The notes beneath the pieces are model-generated. The model was not told the DNA's origin and did not search any database. It was given only the letters and a program-made list of their open reading frames with translations. This document shows, one piece after another, positions 37,746-50,600 of a stretch of 64,000 nucleotides of DNA. The stretch's first letter is position 1. Every line of letters begins with the position of its first letter. The stretch is from Gracilinanus agilis (lineage: Eukaryota): contig NC_058135.1 of NCBI RefSeq assembly GCF_016433145.1, positions 279,587,261 through 279,651,260 of the forward strand, read 5' to 3'. A program made the position numbers and the translations under genes.

Positions 37746-38134
37746 TGGGGGTAGCTGGGTGGCTCAGTGGATTGAGAGCCAGGCCTAGAGACGGGAGGTC
37801 CAAGGTTCAAATATGGCCTCAGACACTTCCTAGCTGTGTGTCCCTGGGCAAGTCACTTAACCCCCATTGCCTAGCCCTTACTCAAATCCTTTTTAGAATC
37901 AATACTATGTCTTGGTTACAAGGCAGAAGAGTGGTAAGGGCTAGGCAATGGGAGTTAAGTGAATTGCCCAGGGATACACAACTGGAAAGTGTCTGAGGCC
38001 AGATTTGAACCTTGGACATCCTGTCTCTGGGCCTGGATCTCAATCCACTGAGCCACCCGGCTGCCACCCAGCTGCCTCCCACAGTATTGATTCTAAAATA
38101 GAAGGTAAGGGTTAAAAAAAAAAGAAACATAAAA
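37746..38134. mobile_element. Plus-strand SINE enclosing a full inverted SINE copy
   Basis: Outer TSD aagaggatactata at 37732-37745 and 38135-38148; plus arm 37746-37881, minus copy about 37883-38068, plus 3' tail about 38080-38134. Confidence 0.88.
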
Positions 38135-38149
38135 AAGAGGATACTATAG

Positions 38150-38390
38150 ATATGGTTTAATGAGTTCTAAACAGTAGTTGATCAAGCCTCTCAGGCTATT
38201 CTAGGTGATAAGATAGAGAACTGTAGATTTGACGAAAGTATACTTAGTTTAAAATAGAGCTGGTTGAATGGCCAGATAGAAAGAGCAGTCATTAATATCT
38301 TAATTCAACTTGGTAATTACACACAGGTGGAATGTCCCAGGAATCTGTCTTTGATCATGTTCTGGTTTATATTTTTACAATAATAAGATA
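38150..38390 (+). mobile_element. L3/CR1 ORF2 fragment
   Basis: gagctggttgaatggccaga...gtcccaggaatctgt CR1 RT wording. Confidence 0.6.
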
Positions 38391-39652
38391 TATACTCTGT
38401 TCCTAGATTTCTCCAAAAAGTAATCTACATGAGTTTCTATCTCATACACAATAATTCGTGGTACCAAATTAATATTGGGAGAGCCTTTATTTTGCTCATG
38501 AGAAAAAAGTCAAAAAATGTAGAGAACTCATAGAAAGTCCTAAACAAACGTGGAGACATATAAACTACCCGAAGAATCTATTAGTTAGAAGAGAACCGAA
38601 CTTGGAACTGTCATCAGAATGCCATGGTAATATTTTGTTGAGATTCCTTTCTTCCATAGGATTGGCTGCACACAATCCCTTCAAGGTTTCCAGGTGTTCC
38701 AAGATTCCCAAGGTTCCAAGGTTCCCTTGTAATTTCTACCCCTTCTTGTAGGGATCCCTACATTTAATGCTACTGAATAAGCAATATTATTCCCATAAAA
38801 TCTATGCTGTCCAAACAACTCACAGGTTCTGTTCTCCAAAGATGAGGCCATGAAGGAACTAATAAATGACCCTTTTCCAAAGGATTGGCTAAGAAGATAA
38901 TAGCAATAAAATGATGGTGACTGATGATGATGATAACAATAACAACAATAAACCTTTACATAGTGCTTTAAGGTTTTCAAAATATTTTATATGTTATAAT
39001 TTCACTTACTCCTCACAGCAACTCTGTGAGGTAAGTGCTCTTGATATTGTTACAGATGAGGAAACTGATGGTGATAAAGTACATGATTTCATCAGAATTG
39101 TGCAACTAACAATTGTCTGAAAAATGATCTAAATTGACGTTCTCCTGACTCTAAAGCCTGTAATTTCTGCACTATATTGCCTTGTTCACTATACCACCAA
39201 TTTCCAAGAAATTTCTGCTTTGACTCTCCAAATGGGACAGTGGACATGACCTATGTTGATTATCCTCCTTTTTCTTCAAAGACCATGCTGCCTCAGGGAA
39301 TCCCCTCTTCTTTTTAAAAGTTTCAGCAGCAAAATGATAGTTCCAGAATATGTGCCATCAAGAAGGCATGTAAATAAATAGCCTTTGCCATGTGTTTCTG
39401 TAGCAAATCTCTATCATTGCCATCTTGGGTACTAGAGAAGTCAGTCATCAGATCAGTGTCTGACCTGTGTTCATTTAAGGAAAAGAAAGGCAAAAAAAGG
39501 ACCAGAAACTTAAATCTCCTTTTTGGGTGGGTTTTCTAGTAAGTGCATTCAGCTCACCATGTGCCTTTAACCACAAGTGATCATTATTGTTACTGGAGTA
39601 ACAGGAAAAGATATTACCCAGAAAATGTGGGGCTGTACTGCTATGCTTTAGT

Positions 39653-39660
<8 letters not shown>

Positions 39661-39722
<62 letters not shown>
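39661..39722. repeat. (GA)n microsatellite
   Basis: Direct reading. Confidence 0.97.
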
Positions 39723-39725
<3 letters not shown>

Positions 39726-40411
39726 GGAAGATGAGGGAGAAAATAAGATGGTGTGGGAAGAGAGGAGAAGAAGGGAGGGAGAAGGGGAATTCCTTTCTAT
39801 ACTCATGAAGGATTGTTCCTCTTATGAGAATCAGTCACCTTGAGACTGTCATCAATTCATGGGAAGATAGTCTCAGTCTATGAAACCTAGGTTATGAGGG
39901 GACAGTTGATATGTCTACTCTTCAGTGACTTTGTGAGTGACTTCACTATTCTGCCTGATGCTGATGCAAATAATAATATCTATTAGAAGGCTGATTTCTG
40001 AAGACCCTTCTAGATGAGATCCTATGATTATATTATGCTAACTTTCTAAAAGAGATAACGATAGACATTTGAATGCAGTAAAGCTGGTTTCCAAATACTT
40101 TTTCTTTCTCATTGTATTTAATTCTCACAAGCAGACATTAAACTCATTTTAAGATAGCTAATTCAATGTTATTTTTCTTCACTTTACATGGAAGTAAACT
40201 GTGAGAAGTATAGCACATGCTCAGAATCACACACCTAAAAAAAGTATCAGTCAATATTCAGATCTTGGTCTCCCCTCCTTTCAAATCCAGGGCTCCTTCC
40301 ATGAAATGGCATTGTCTCTAGAAAAATGAGAATTAAACTCCTACATGGATAAGAAAAATAGTCAAACTAAGTCAGATCCCAGAGAAAGAAGGTGCAGATT
40401 GTGCTTTCTTT

Positions 40412-41386
40412 TTAAGATAAAGAATGATCTAATTGGAGTCTTTGTCCCCCCACCACTTTCTGAAAAGCAGTTTTAACATCTTTGTTCCTCAGGCTATAGA
40501 CAAGAGGGTTCAACATGGGGATGACCATGGTATAGAATACAGATGCCATTTTGTCTGTATCCATGGAATGACTTGAGCTCGGTTGGAAGTACATGAAAAT
40601 GATTGTCCCATAGAATATGGACACTGCTGTGAGATGGGAAGTACAGGTGGAGAAGGCTTTTTGGCGCCCTTCGGCAGAATGGATCCTCAGGATTGCAACA
40701 AAGATGAAAAGGTAGGAAGTTAAGATGACCAGAAAGGGAAAAAATACAGTGAATATTCCTAAGATAAAAATTACTATCTCAGTACTATGAATATCAGAGC
40801 AAGTTATAACTAGGAGAGGAGGAATGTCACAGAAAAAATGATGGACTACATTAGAACTACAGAAGGAGAGGCTGAAGGTGTCTCCTGTAACTATGGAGGA
40901 ATTTAAAAAGCCACAAATGTATGCACCACTGGCCAGATGTACACATACAGTTGATGTCATGGTAGTGGTATAATGTAGGGGCTTACATACAGCTGCATGA
41001 CGATCATAGGACATGGAAGCCAAGAGGAAACTTTCAACTGTGGCAAAAGACACAAAGAAGAAAATCTGTGCAGCACATCCATTATAGGAGATGACTTTGT
41101 CTCCTGTGAGGAGTCCAGCCATTACCTTGGGAGTAACAGCTGAGGAGTAGCCAAAATCCACCAGAGAAAGGTTACTGAGGAAAAAGTACATGGGGGTGTG
41201 GAGGCGGGAATCCGAGGAGATCAGAGCTATTATCCCCAGGTTCCCCACCAAAGTGATGAGGTAGATGAGAGTGAACATTATGAAGAGAGGAACCTGAAGC
41301 TCTGGGGCATCTGTTAATCCTACAAGTATAAACTCATTCACTTCAGATCTGTTCTCCATAAATGTCATTTGAGAGTGATGTGTCAT
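40412..41386 (-). CDS. OR5B12-like: Olfactory receptor OR5B12-like, 324 aa from the first ATG (alternative starts at 41368 or 41359), intact
   Basis: [66 protein letters not shown]; acceptor ttcctcttttgtttcag at 41394-41392. Confidence 0.96.
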   Translation of the reverse strand: MTHHSQMTFMENRSEVNEFILVGLTDAPELQVPLFIMFTLIYLITLVGNLGIIALISSDSRLHTPMYFFLSNLSLVDFGYSSAVTPKVMAGLLTGDKVISYNGCAAQIFFFVSFATVESFLLASMSYDRHAAVCKPLHYTTTMTSTVCVHLASGAYICGFLNSSIVTGDTFSLSFCSSNVVHHFFCDIPPLLVITCSDIHSTEIVIFILGIFTVFFPFLVILTSYLFIFVAILRIHSAEGRQKAFSTCTSHLTAVSIFYGTIIFMYFQPSSSHSMDTDKMASVFYTMVIPMLNPLVYSLRNKDVKTAFQKVVGGQRLQLDHSLS

Positions 41387-42023
41387 TCCACCTGAAACAA
41401 AAGAGGAATGATCAGAAAAATCAACTCTGCATAATGAATGAATTCAAGACATAAAATATGGTCAGTGATAAATCTTAGGTGAGGGTTAGAAATAAGAATT
41501 AAAGAACCAAGAGAATTTGGGAAGTTGTTATAGCAGTTACTACAGGTCTCCAAACTTCATTGATCCAGTTTCTCATAGAGTGCATCCCTTACGTACTACT
41601 TCTCATCGTGTTTTTTAAAAGTCTATTATATGCTTAAGAATTCCCCAAAAGCCATTTTCCACTTCTGGAAAGGGAAGTGACTTGTTTTCTTCCAACAATC
41701 ATTATAAGAAGGGAGATTATTGTTGGTCAGGGTTGAAGAACTAGACCTTTTCTTGTGAATATGCTTCACTCTGATGAATATGAAAGAAAAGAGAAATAAA
41801 GGAAAAGAGAGAGGAATGAAAAGAGAAGAAATTTGAAGACTGAGAGAAGAGTATCAAAGAGAGTTGGCTGAGATTTCACTGGGATTCTGATTCATCCTGG
41901 AATCATTGTAGCCATAAGGTCTCTGCAATAGACTCAAGTGACCAGTTCCTGAGAATCAACATCTGCCAGAGGACACCAGTTACATAGTCATGGGAGTTGT
42001 CTTTCAAAAAGACCACTGGTAGA

Positions 42024-42455
42024 CAGTTTTGAGGGACTTATGAGAAAGAATGCTATCCACATCTAGAGAAAGAACTATGGGAGTAGGAACACAGAAGAAA
42101 AACATATGATTGATCATGTTTCAATGGGCAGATGATTGGGGATGTCGACTTTAATTGATTACTCAATTCAATTTTTTTTTGAACAACAGTACATGAAAAA
42201 CCCAGTGGAATTGCTTTTCTGCTCTGGGAAGGGGGAGGGAAAAGGGGAGGGAAAGAACATGAATCATGCAACCATGGAAAAATATTCTAAATAAATAAAA
42301 ATGAAATTCAAGATAACAAAAGAAAACATTATTTGTTGTCATCATGATATATTTGCCAGTCTCTCCGAGCCAGATGCTGGACTTGTAATTAAAAAAAAAA
42401 TCTAAGGCATTTAATTAGAGCACAGATTAATAAATATCCTTACTGAATCATGAAA
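42024..42455 (+). mobile_element. Truncated L1 3' end carrying an about 150-bp 3' transduction
   Basis: TSD aaaaagacca(c/g)tggt(a/g)ga at 42006-42023 and 42456-42473; L1 to about 42305, then non-L1 sequence with AATAAA at 42429-42434 and an A run from 42453; single-copy empty site at 54706-54723. Confidence 0.8.
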
Positions 42456-43699
42456 AAAAAAGACCAGTGGTGGATTGCTTAACAATAAATGAATGATTTC
42501 TAAATTTGTTTCCTTTACACAATTTGTCTCTTTTTCAGTTTTCACCCACTGCTACTATGGAAGCAGAAGACAGTCACCAACAGGGACATTTTGTCTTTTC
42601 ATTCACTCTATAGTTTTCTGGTCCCAGATTTTTGCCTTAGCTTCCTTCAAGTTTGAGCTAAAATCTAACCTACAGAAACTCTTTCTGATTGATTTCAATT
42701 CTAGTGTCTTTGCTCTTTTGATTATTTCCAATTTATTTTGGATAAAGTTTGTACATAGTTATTTGCAGTTTGCTAGACTGTCAGCTCCTTGAAGGTAGAG
42801 ACTGTATTTTAACTTTCTTTTTATTTTCTGTGCTTGGGATGGTGCTGGGCATAGAGTAGGCAGTTAATAAATATTATTGACTCATTGATTGACTAGGGGT
42901 AACCCTCCCTCTCTGAACTAAGCCAAAGTGTCCTTTGAATAACAGAAAAATATATCATAGTCCATCCCCAGATGCCATTCTAAGTCTTTATAGGTTAGAA
43001 GGATGTGCAAAAGTTGTACTTCATTCAATTAGTTTTAGAGTACTTAGTTTCAGCTATACCACTATGAGACATCAGAAGAAACTTTTCATAGAAATTCAAA
43101 GTAGGTTGCCACATGCTTTCTTGAACAAGTCATATGTTGGAAAAAAAACAAAACAAAACAGAGAAAATGGAATTAGAGAAACTGAAGTCAGAATGGTTTA
43201 TCTGTGGCCATCTAACTTAAGTCACATGACTAGGAGTCACCCCTATAAAAGCCAAGAAGAAAAGCTGGTCAAGTAGGAAGAATAAAAGATAGGAGAAATT
43301 GAGATCCCTGAGGAATTATGCCTAATTACTGAGATAAAATAGAATCTCTAATTAAAACAACAACAACAACAACAACAACAACAAATCTGGCTGACAAAGT
43401 AATATTTTGTTTTGAGGAATGGGAATATGGTTCTGAAAAGTTTTCTCCGTTATTCTCATGAAATAGGATAAGAAAACAATAGGCTATTGTTTTTTCCCCT
43501 AAACTGAGGAAATTCTTGGACCAGAGTGGAGAAACCTGGTGAAAAATATTTATATTGTTATCAGCATAATAGTATAATGTTATGCATATAATTTATATTG
43601 TAAGAAGATACAGACCAGTAGTTTGGGTAACATCACACACAGCATGTATGAATGATATATTTAGTGATGGAGGATTTCAATTATTTGGGCAAGTGCCAG

Positions 43700-43841
43700 A
43701 ATGTTCTTTATTATTGTGTCTGTGTCTATCTCTGCCTTTGCCTCTCTTTCTCAATCTCATTGCGTCTTTACCCTTTTCTTTCCCTGTCCATCTATTTTTT
43801 CCCTTTCTACCTGTTTCTTTCTGTGTTTCTCTTTCTGTCTG

Positions 43842-43895
<54 letters not shown>

Positions 43896-43950
43896 ATCTA
43901 TCTATCTATCTATCATTTATCTAAGCACCTATATATCTCTGTATCTCTCT
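43700..43950. repeat. CT-rich tract with (TCTA)n microsatellite
   Basis: Direct reading; (TCTA)n about 43843-43920. Confidence 0.92.
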
Positions 43951-44199
43951 TCTCAAAGAACAACTTTGATTTCTTGGTAATGATATTTTTATCCCTCAAA
44001 AGTTTAAAAATGAAGGAAGCAATATGAGGAAATTCTATTCTTTTGATTATCATAAGGGATGAGGAGCTGTTAGGACATGATAAATGGGAATGGTGCAAAA
44101 GTGTGGATAAAACAAGTAAATCATCTTAAAGTTTGAGATAGATAAAGAAAAGAAAACTAACAATTGTCAAATAGACACATTAGGCTTGAAGAAAGTCAA

Positions 44200-44660
44200 T
44201 TTTAAGCATTCTAGAGAAAGGTTGAATAAGATCCTCTGGATTAGTTCCAAAAAAAGTTCAACCAGGAGAACATTATGATACACAGTAAGAGCAACACAAC
44301 TGTGAAAGACAGATATTCTCTGCAATAAATGAACCAAGACAATTCCAAAGGACTCATGATGAAAAATTGCCATCCATTCCAGAAAAAGAACTGATGGCAT
44401 CTGAATGCAGATCAAAGCATACCATTTTTCACTTTATTTTCTTTCTGTTTTTTTAAATGACTTTTTCCACATGAGAAATATGGAAATGTTTTCTACAATA
44501 GCACATGTATAAACCTTATGAAATTGCTTACTATCTCAGGGAGAGAGGAGGGAAGAGATGGAGTGAAAGAATTTGGAACTCAAATGTTAGCAAATGAATG
44601 AAAAAAATTGTTTTTATATGAAATTGGGAAAGACAAAGCATTATTGAAGAAAAAAAATCC
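44200..44660 (+). mobile_element. Old L1 3' UTR
   Basis: aaccaggagaacatt...gactcatgatgaaaaa...gatcaaagcatacca. Confidence 0.7.
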
Positions 44661-44699
44661 CAAAAGGAGTCTAAACCTGAAAGACTAGAATGATCTTTT

Positions 44700-45930
44700 G
44701 AAGATTCAAGAAGGAAAACTCCAAATTAGGTAGACAGATATTAAAAAAAATCTGCAGTAAAGAAAAAAGGAAAGGCATCAAAGGATAAATGCAAAAGCTG
44801 ATCCTACCTTATAGTTATAGAGTGAGAGCAGCACTAAGGCTCAGAATGAGATAAGAGAAGCCGATAAAGCTAAAGACTACAAAAAGAAGTACATATTTTT
44901 AAATGGCTATTTAGGGAAACAAAGCGTGATCAAATAAGGAATCGTACTGATTGTCAAGGTCCATGAGACAAGCATAATGAATGACAACAAAGACAGAGCT
45001 GCTCAATTTGTATTTTGCTTCTGTTTCCTTGGATAAGGAGAATGATCTTTGGATTTAGAACAAAACAATTGCAACTAATAGAGAGTTGACACCAAATATA
45101 ACAAGAACTCTAACCTATATAAGTGGGAAGAAGGGAAGAAAAATTTATATAGAATTCATAATGTGTCAGACACTGTGCTAAGTACTTTACCAATAAAATC
45201 TTAGTTTGATTCTTACAAGAACTCTGCAATGTAGTCTTTATCATTGTCCCCATTTTAAGGTTAAAGAAACTGAGGCAAACAGAGGCTAAGTGATTTGTAC
45301 AAGGTCACATCACAAGTATCTGAGGATGAATTTGAACTTGGGACTTCATGACTCCAGTCCCAATCCTCTGCCCATTGCATCAGAGCTGCCTTCTTTTTTA
45401 ATTTGCAAAATTCTTTAAATATACACAACTTTGGGGTATAGATGGCTAACAAGTAAACCAATTTGGCCTTACACTGCATGGAATACCTAGGCAATAAGAG
45501 ATGGTTCTCTGTGCTCTACATTTGAAGCAACATATTCAGTTGTGTGTCCCACGCTTTAGGAAAGACATTGATAGGCTAAAATTTTTTCCAGAGGAGTTCA
45601 GCCAGGATGGAGAAGAACTTTGAAATTTTGCCATATTAAGACTGATGGGAGAAACTGAGGATATTTAGCCTAGAGAAGACAAAATATGGGGTCAGGATAA
45701 GGGTTGGCATTAAAGTTATCTTTGAGCATGTGAAAAATTGTCCTGTTAAGGAAGTATTTGACTTGCTTTATTTGTACTCAAAGAGAGGAACCAGTAGCAA
45801 AGCACAGAAGTTTAAAAGAAATAAATTTGATGTACAGAAGACATTAATAATGTTATTCAGAAATGAAAAGGATAATATGTAATATATATCCCCTCACATG
45901 AAGTCTTTAGGGAAGAAATAGGTTGAACAT
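44700..45930 (+). mobile_element. L3/CR1 fragments interrupted by a reverse MIR (about 45125-45390)
   Basis: ctaaggctcagaatgag...tattttgcttctgtttcc and ctttaggaaagacattgat...gtttagcctagagaagac CR1 wording. Confidence 0.65.
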
Positions 45931-46437
45931 TTGTTAAAAAAATGTATATATATGTATATACACATACATATATATGTATACTTGAAAATAAAGTTTATAT
46001 ATGTGTATATAGAGACAGAGACAGACAGAAAATATTTATTTCTCATTTTATGGGAAAATGTGACTTCTAGGTCTATTTATGGACAAGGAAAGTCATCTAA
46101 CCTCAGACACACATTTCATTCATGTGTCAAAAGAGGGTAAAATCACCTACATCATAGGGTGGCTCTGAGTATAAAAGGAGATAATTCTGTGAAGTGCTTT
46201 GCAAACCTTAAAGTTTAATACTTGTATAATCTACTGTTGCTATTTTAAGTTTTAACACTATTGCTACTATCTATGCTGTCTTTTACAAATCCCTTAAGAT
46301 GCTTTACACGTATGATTTCAGTTCAATCATCTATAAAGAAAAGATATTAGACTTGATGACTTATGAGATTCCTTCCATTTCTAAATCAATGATCCTATGA
46401 TACCTTTAACTGGTATTATTTTCAAGATATTCATTAG

Positions 46438-46636
46438 GGGGCAGCTGGGTAGCTCAGTGGATTGAGAGCCAGGTCTAGAGACAGGAGGTCCTAGGTTCAA
46501 ATCTGGCCTCAGACACTTCCCAGCTGTGTGACCCTGGGCAAGTCACTTGACCCCCATTGCCTACCCTTACCACTCTTCTGCCTTGGAGCCAATACACAGT
46601 ATTGACTCTAAGATGGAAGGTAAGGGTTTAAAAAAA
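46438..46636 (+). mobile_element. Young SINE1_Mdo-like element with 14-bp TSD
   Basis: TSD aagatattcattag at 46424-46437 and 46637-46650. Confidence 0.94.
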
Positions 46637-46812
46637 AAGATATTCATTAGTTTTCAAAACAATACAGCAAAGTAACTTTTTTCTCCCTAAAATGGTTAAT
46701 GTGGGACTTATAGTTAAGGATAAAGTAAACCATTAAAGCTTTATCTCATAGACTATTGCAGGAATGGATAAAATATATGTTTATAATGAATTACAATCAA
46801 GAATTTTTCTTA

Positions 46813-46878
46813 TCTTGTAACCATGGAAAAATATTCTAAATGAATTAATTAAATAAAATTTTCCAAATTAAAAAAAAA
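46813..46878 (+). mobile_element. Minimal L1 3' tip (about 65 bp)
   Basis: gtaaccatggaaaaatattctaaat...A tail; flanked by aagaattttt(t)ctt repeats. Confidence 0.7.
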
Positions 46879-47763
46879 GAATTTTTCTTTAACAGAATAA
46901 GAACTATTTAAAATAGAATAAAAACAATCAAATTAAATTGAAATATATTGTATTGTTGGTCTCATACATGGTATTTTGGTAATCGATATTAATCAAATCT
47001 AGGTAGCATAGTTAATGACAATGCATCTCACCGATGTACTTAGTTTTAGACTTTTTGAGTTCCCATGTCTAGAGGCAGACAAGGTCATTTGTTTTCTGCT
47101 CAGCAATAACCAGGAATTGGTAGATAGCAGGGCTTTTAAAAAGAGCATTTAATCAGGTGTCTGAAGACCGGGCTTGTATTGGCACTAATTTCCTCTGTGA
47201 TTTCACAGATGTAAATCAATCCTTCTGCACCTTTGACTCCTCCTTGGGAAAATGGAACTGAGATTTTTTTCAGGCATGGAAGTCAGGCATGAGGAAAGTC
47301 ACACAGTGTGTGTCAGGAATGTTAATATGATCAGCATTGGTTTGGAGTCTGGTACAGGATAATGGATGAGTGGGTGCTCTGAGAAACACCAAAGCCAAAG
47401 AAAAGAGGATCAAGGTGCTACCACACTGCAAAGTAGTAATGTGATAATGTGATGCAGTGCATAGAGTTTGATCTTTGACTCAAGAAGATAAAGATTGAAA
47501 TTCCACCTCAGACATTTAGTTTTTTTGTATATCTGGACAAGTCACTTCAGTCACTCAGCCTCAAGTTACTTAACTGTAAAAGGGAGATAATGATAATGGT
47601 ACTTATTTCACAAGGTAGTTGGGAGATTCAAATATGAAAAGCGATGGAAAGCTCTTTGCAAATGTCTAAGTCTTTTATAAATATGAGCTGTTGTCATTGA
47701 GGGTTAGGACTATACATTATCTCAACTTTATCAACCCTTTCTCTTAAAAATTGATAGGTCTTG

Positions 47764-47948
47764 GGGGCAGCTGGGTAGCTCAGTGGATTGAGAGCCAGAC
47801 CTGGAGACAGGAGGTCCTGGGTTCAAATCCGGCCTCAGACACTTCCCAGCTGTGTGACCCTGGGCAAGTCACTTGACCCCCATTGCCCATCCTTACCAGT
47901 CTTCCACCTATAAGTCAATACACAGAAGTTAAAGGGTTTAAAATAAAA
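47764..47948 (+). mobile_element. Young SINE with 18-bp TSD at the 5' junction of an L1 tip (about 47955-48095)
   Basis: TSD aaaaattgataggtcttg at 47746-47763 and 47949-47966. Confidence 0.92.
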
Positions 47949-48479
47949 AAAAATTGATAGGTCTTGATCAATAATACATGTAAAACCCAGTGGAAATGCA
48001 CATCAGCTATGGGGGATGATTTGGGGGAAGGGAAAGAATGTGAATCATGTAACCATGGAAAAATATTCTTAAAAAATAAATTAATTAATTAAAAAATTGA
48101 ATGCAGCCATTATTTAATCATTTATTCTTTAGGACTACCAAGACATACATTCCTCAAATTGCTCCTTCCATTACTGAAGGATGATGTGCTTGAAAAGCCG
48201 CAAATAGAGGAGAATAACTGATGTTTATGGAGCACTTGGAAATTGGAAAACAATTTACAGACATGATTCATTTGAGCTCCAAGACAACTGTATGCGATAA
48301 GTATCACAAAGCTAATTATGTGCATTTTGTGGCTAAGGAAATGGAAGAAGTGAAGTGACTTACCTATGGAGAAACAGGGAGCTACTATATGAGTTTGAGA
48401 AGATTTTTTTATCCAGGTCTTTCTCCAGGTCCAGAAATGTTTCCACTACATCATTTTGGTGCCTATGTAGACAATGCAG

Positions 48480-49090
48480 TCTTGAATTGGATAATCTAGA
48501 ACCTACCTGACTTGAGAGGGAGAAAGGTGGCCAAGACTCCAAAGAAGAGAGTTAGTGAAGAACTTTATATTCATGATTTGGCCTCAAAGTCCCAAATCTA
48601 GGAAATCTCTGATCCTATTATCAGATACTCTTCTCTAGTCACTAGAGCAAAGAGTTCAAAGGTTCCTAAATGGAAGAGAGGTCACTCCAGACCATTGTTG
48701 TGACATGAATGGCAGGAGAGTCAGTGATGCTCACTCTTACCCCCCATTTAGTTTAGCCTCAGGAAACACAAAAGAAACTAGAGGAAAGAATGACTCAGGA
48801 CATTTAATCTACAATTTGGTACCTCAGCAATAAGATGCAAAATAGAATGCTTCAATATTAGTAGTTGAAATAAAAGAGAAGGAAGGGACTATGTGCAGAC
48901 CTTTGAGTCTTGCAGCTCTTAGGAGAGGGTTCTCCCTTGATGATATCTGGCAGATATTCTGCCAACTCTTCAACAAAACAAGCCATTAAATTCTACTCTG
49001 ACCATGGTGGGGGGGCAGGGAAGAAGACCATGATTACATACAGATACCATTTTCTCATGGGAACTTTGTCATTCTTTGCTTGTTGTTAGC
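48480..49090 (-). promoter_or_regulatory. Putative promoter / non-coding first exon (block C) of the 40412-41386 OR
   Basis: Donor CAG|GTAGGT (48506-48501); O/E-like ctcccttga at 48932 and ttctcatgggaa at 49052-49063; TAATGG (ccatta 48983-48988). Confidence 0.65.
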
Positions 49091-49839
49091 AAAGGAAGGT
49101 AGAAGAGAACCTGAAGGCGGTTATTAATTAAATCTGGATACTAGTCCTCCAAGCTATGTGACAATGGTCAAGTTACAAACCAAATGCAAGTCTTTATTTA
49201 CTCATTTTGAAATAAGTATAATTTCAGACCTAAATATAGTTACAATGTTATGGTAAAGATCAAATATGATATTGAAGGTGAAAGAGATGTAGAGTCATGA
49301 AAAGATCTCTGAATTTGCTATCAGAGGACGTTGGATGGAACTGAAGGTCACTCTGAAAGTTATTATCTGAAACATATCATTAAAATGAAAAATATTATCT
49401 CCTCCTACAATTAAACTTACATAGCACATTCAGGTTGCTGAAGTACTTTAGATATGATAGATTCTTTGACCCTAACAATAATCCTGTAATTCAGATGCTA
49501 TTATCATTTTTATTTTATAGTTGAAGAAACACTCAAAAATAAATTGGACCAAGATTAAGGAAAAAAGATATTAATGTTTTTAAAATATACCTGAATATCC
49601 TTATTCTTTCACATTTTATTTCAAATGTGTTGAAGGAGTGGTAGATTGCTATAGTTTTTCATGTTATGCAATTCATGTTCATGATGGCATGTCAGGGTTT
49701 GGACAGATGAAGGAAAAGGTAACAGTTTGATATATCCTTATAGGACTCTAAGTATTTGGAAGCAGTGGTATTTTGTGAACCCTAGACCATGGACAAAGAG
49801 GGAGGAGGAAATCTTGAGAGGGCTAGAATGAGGGAATCA

Positions 49840-50600
49840 CATAGTCATTAGAGTCAGAGGTTCATCAGATCTAAACCATATCTGAAAAAAGAACATTCTC
49901 CTTAATGTACCCAATAAATGGATATCCCACTTGAAGATGCACAGTGAAGAAGAATTCTCCAATTCAGACTGCCAATTTGGAATAGCTCTGTTCGTCAGAG
50001 AAAAAGTTCCCTTCCATAGAGTCAAAATTTGTCTCTGAAAATTTGAGCAGTACTCTGTCCTGCCTTCTAGGACTGAGGAACATGCCCAATCCTTCTTCCA
50101 TAAGACACGTTCCAATACTTCAAATGTGAATACTTATATTTATATTGTCCAAGATCAATTCAGTCACATCCTTAATTGGTCCTCATATGGAATAGAATTA
50201 TGTAGACCTCCTCTGCGCACTCTTCAGATATCATTATATGTCCTAAAATGTGACACTCAGGACTGAAAAAACGAATATATTCTCAAAAGAGAGGAGGCTA
50301 CCAGTACCATTATCTCATCCCAACCTAAATTGGGGCAAAAACTTTTCCAAGACAGGTGTTTATAGCATTAGCATATTTGGTTCCAAGTCATACTATTGAT
50401 TCAAATTATACTACTAGTCCACTAAAACCCACTGAACTTTTTCAGAGAGATAAAGCCTTTTATAGAGTGGTCTAATCTCAGTCCATTTGAAACTAAAATA
50501 ATTCAAATCCCAAAGGAGAAAGATGTGGAGCCATAGTTGGGGAAGGAACACAAAAGGCCTAACAAATTCCGTCAAGCCCAATCAAAAATTCTAGGATCAC
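49840..50600 (-). mobile_element. L3/CR1 3' fragment
   Basis: Reverse CR1 wording: ctctgtcctgccttctagga...aatccttcttccat...caaatacttcaa. Confidence 0.6.

Noticed and set aside
46438-46520. tRNA-like heads (A and B boxes) in the SINEs
   Set aside because: They are SINE heads with tails and TSDs, not tRNA genes; no acceptor stem or cloverleaf.
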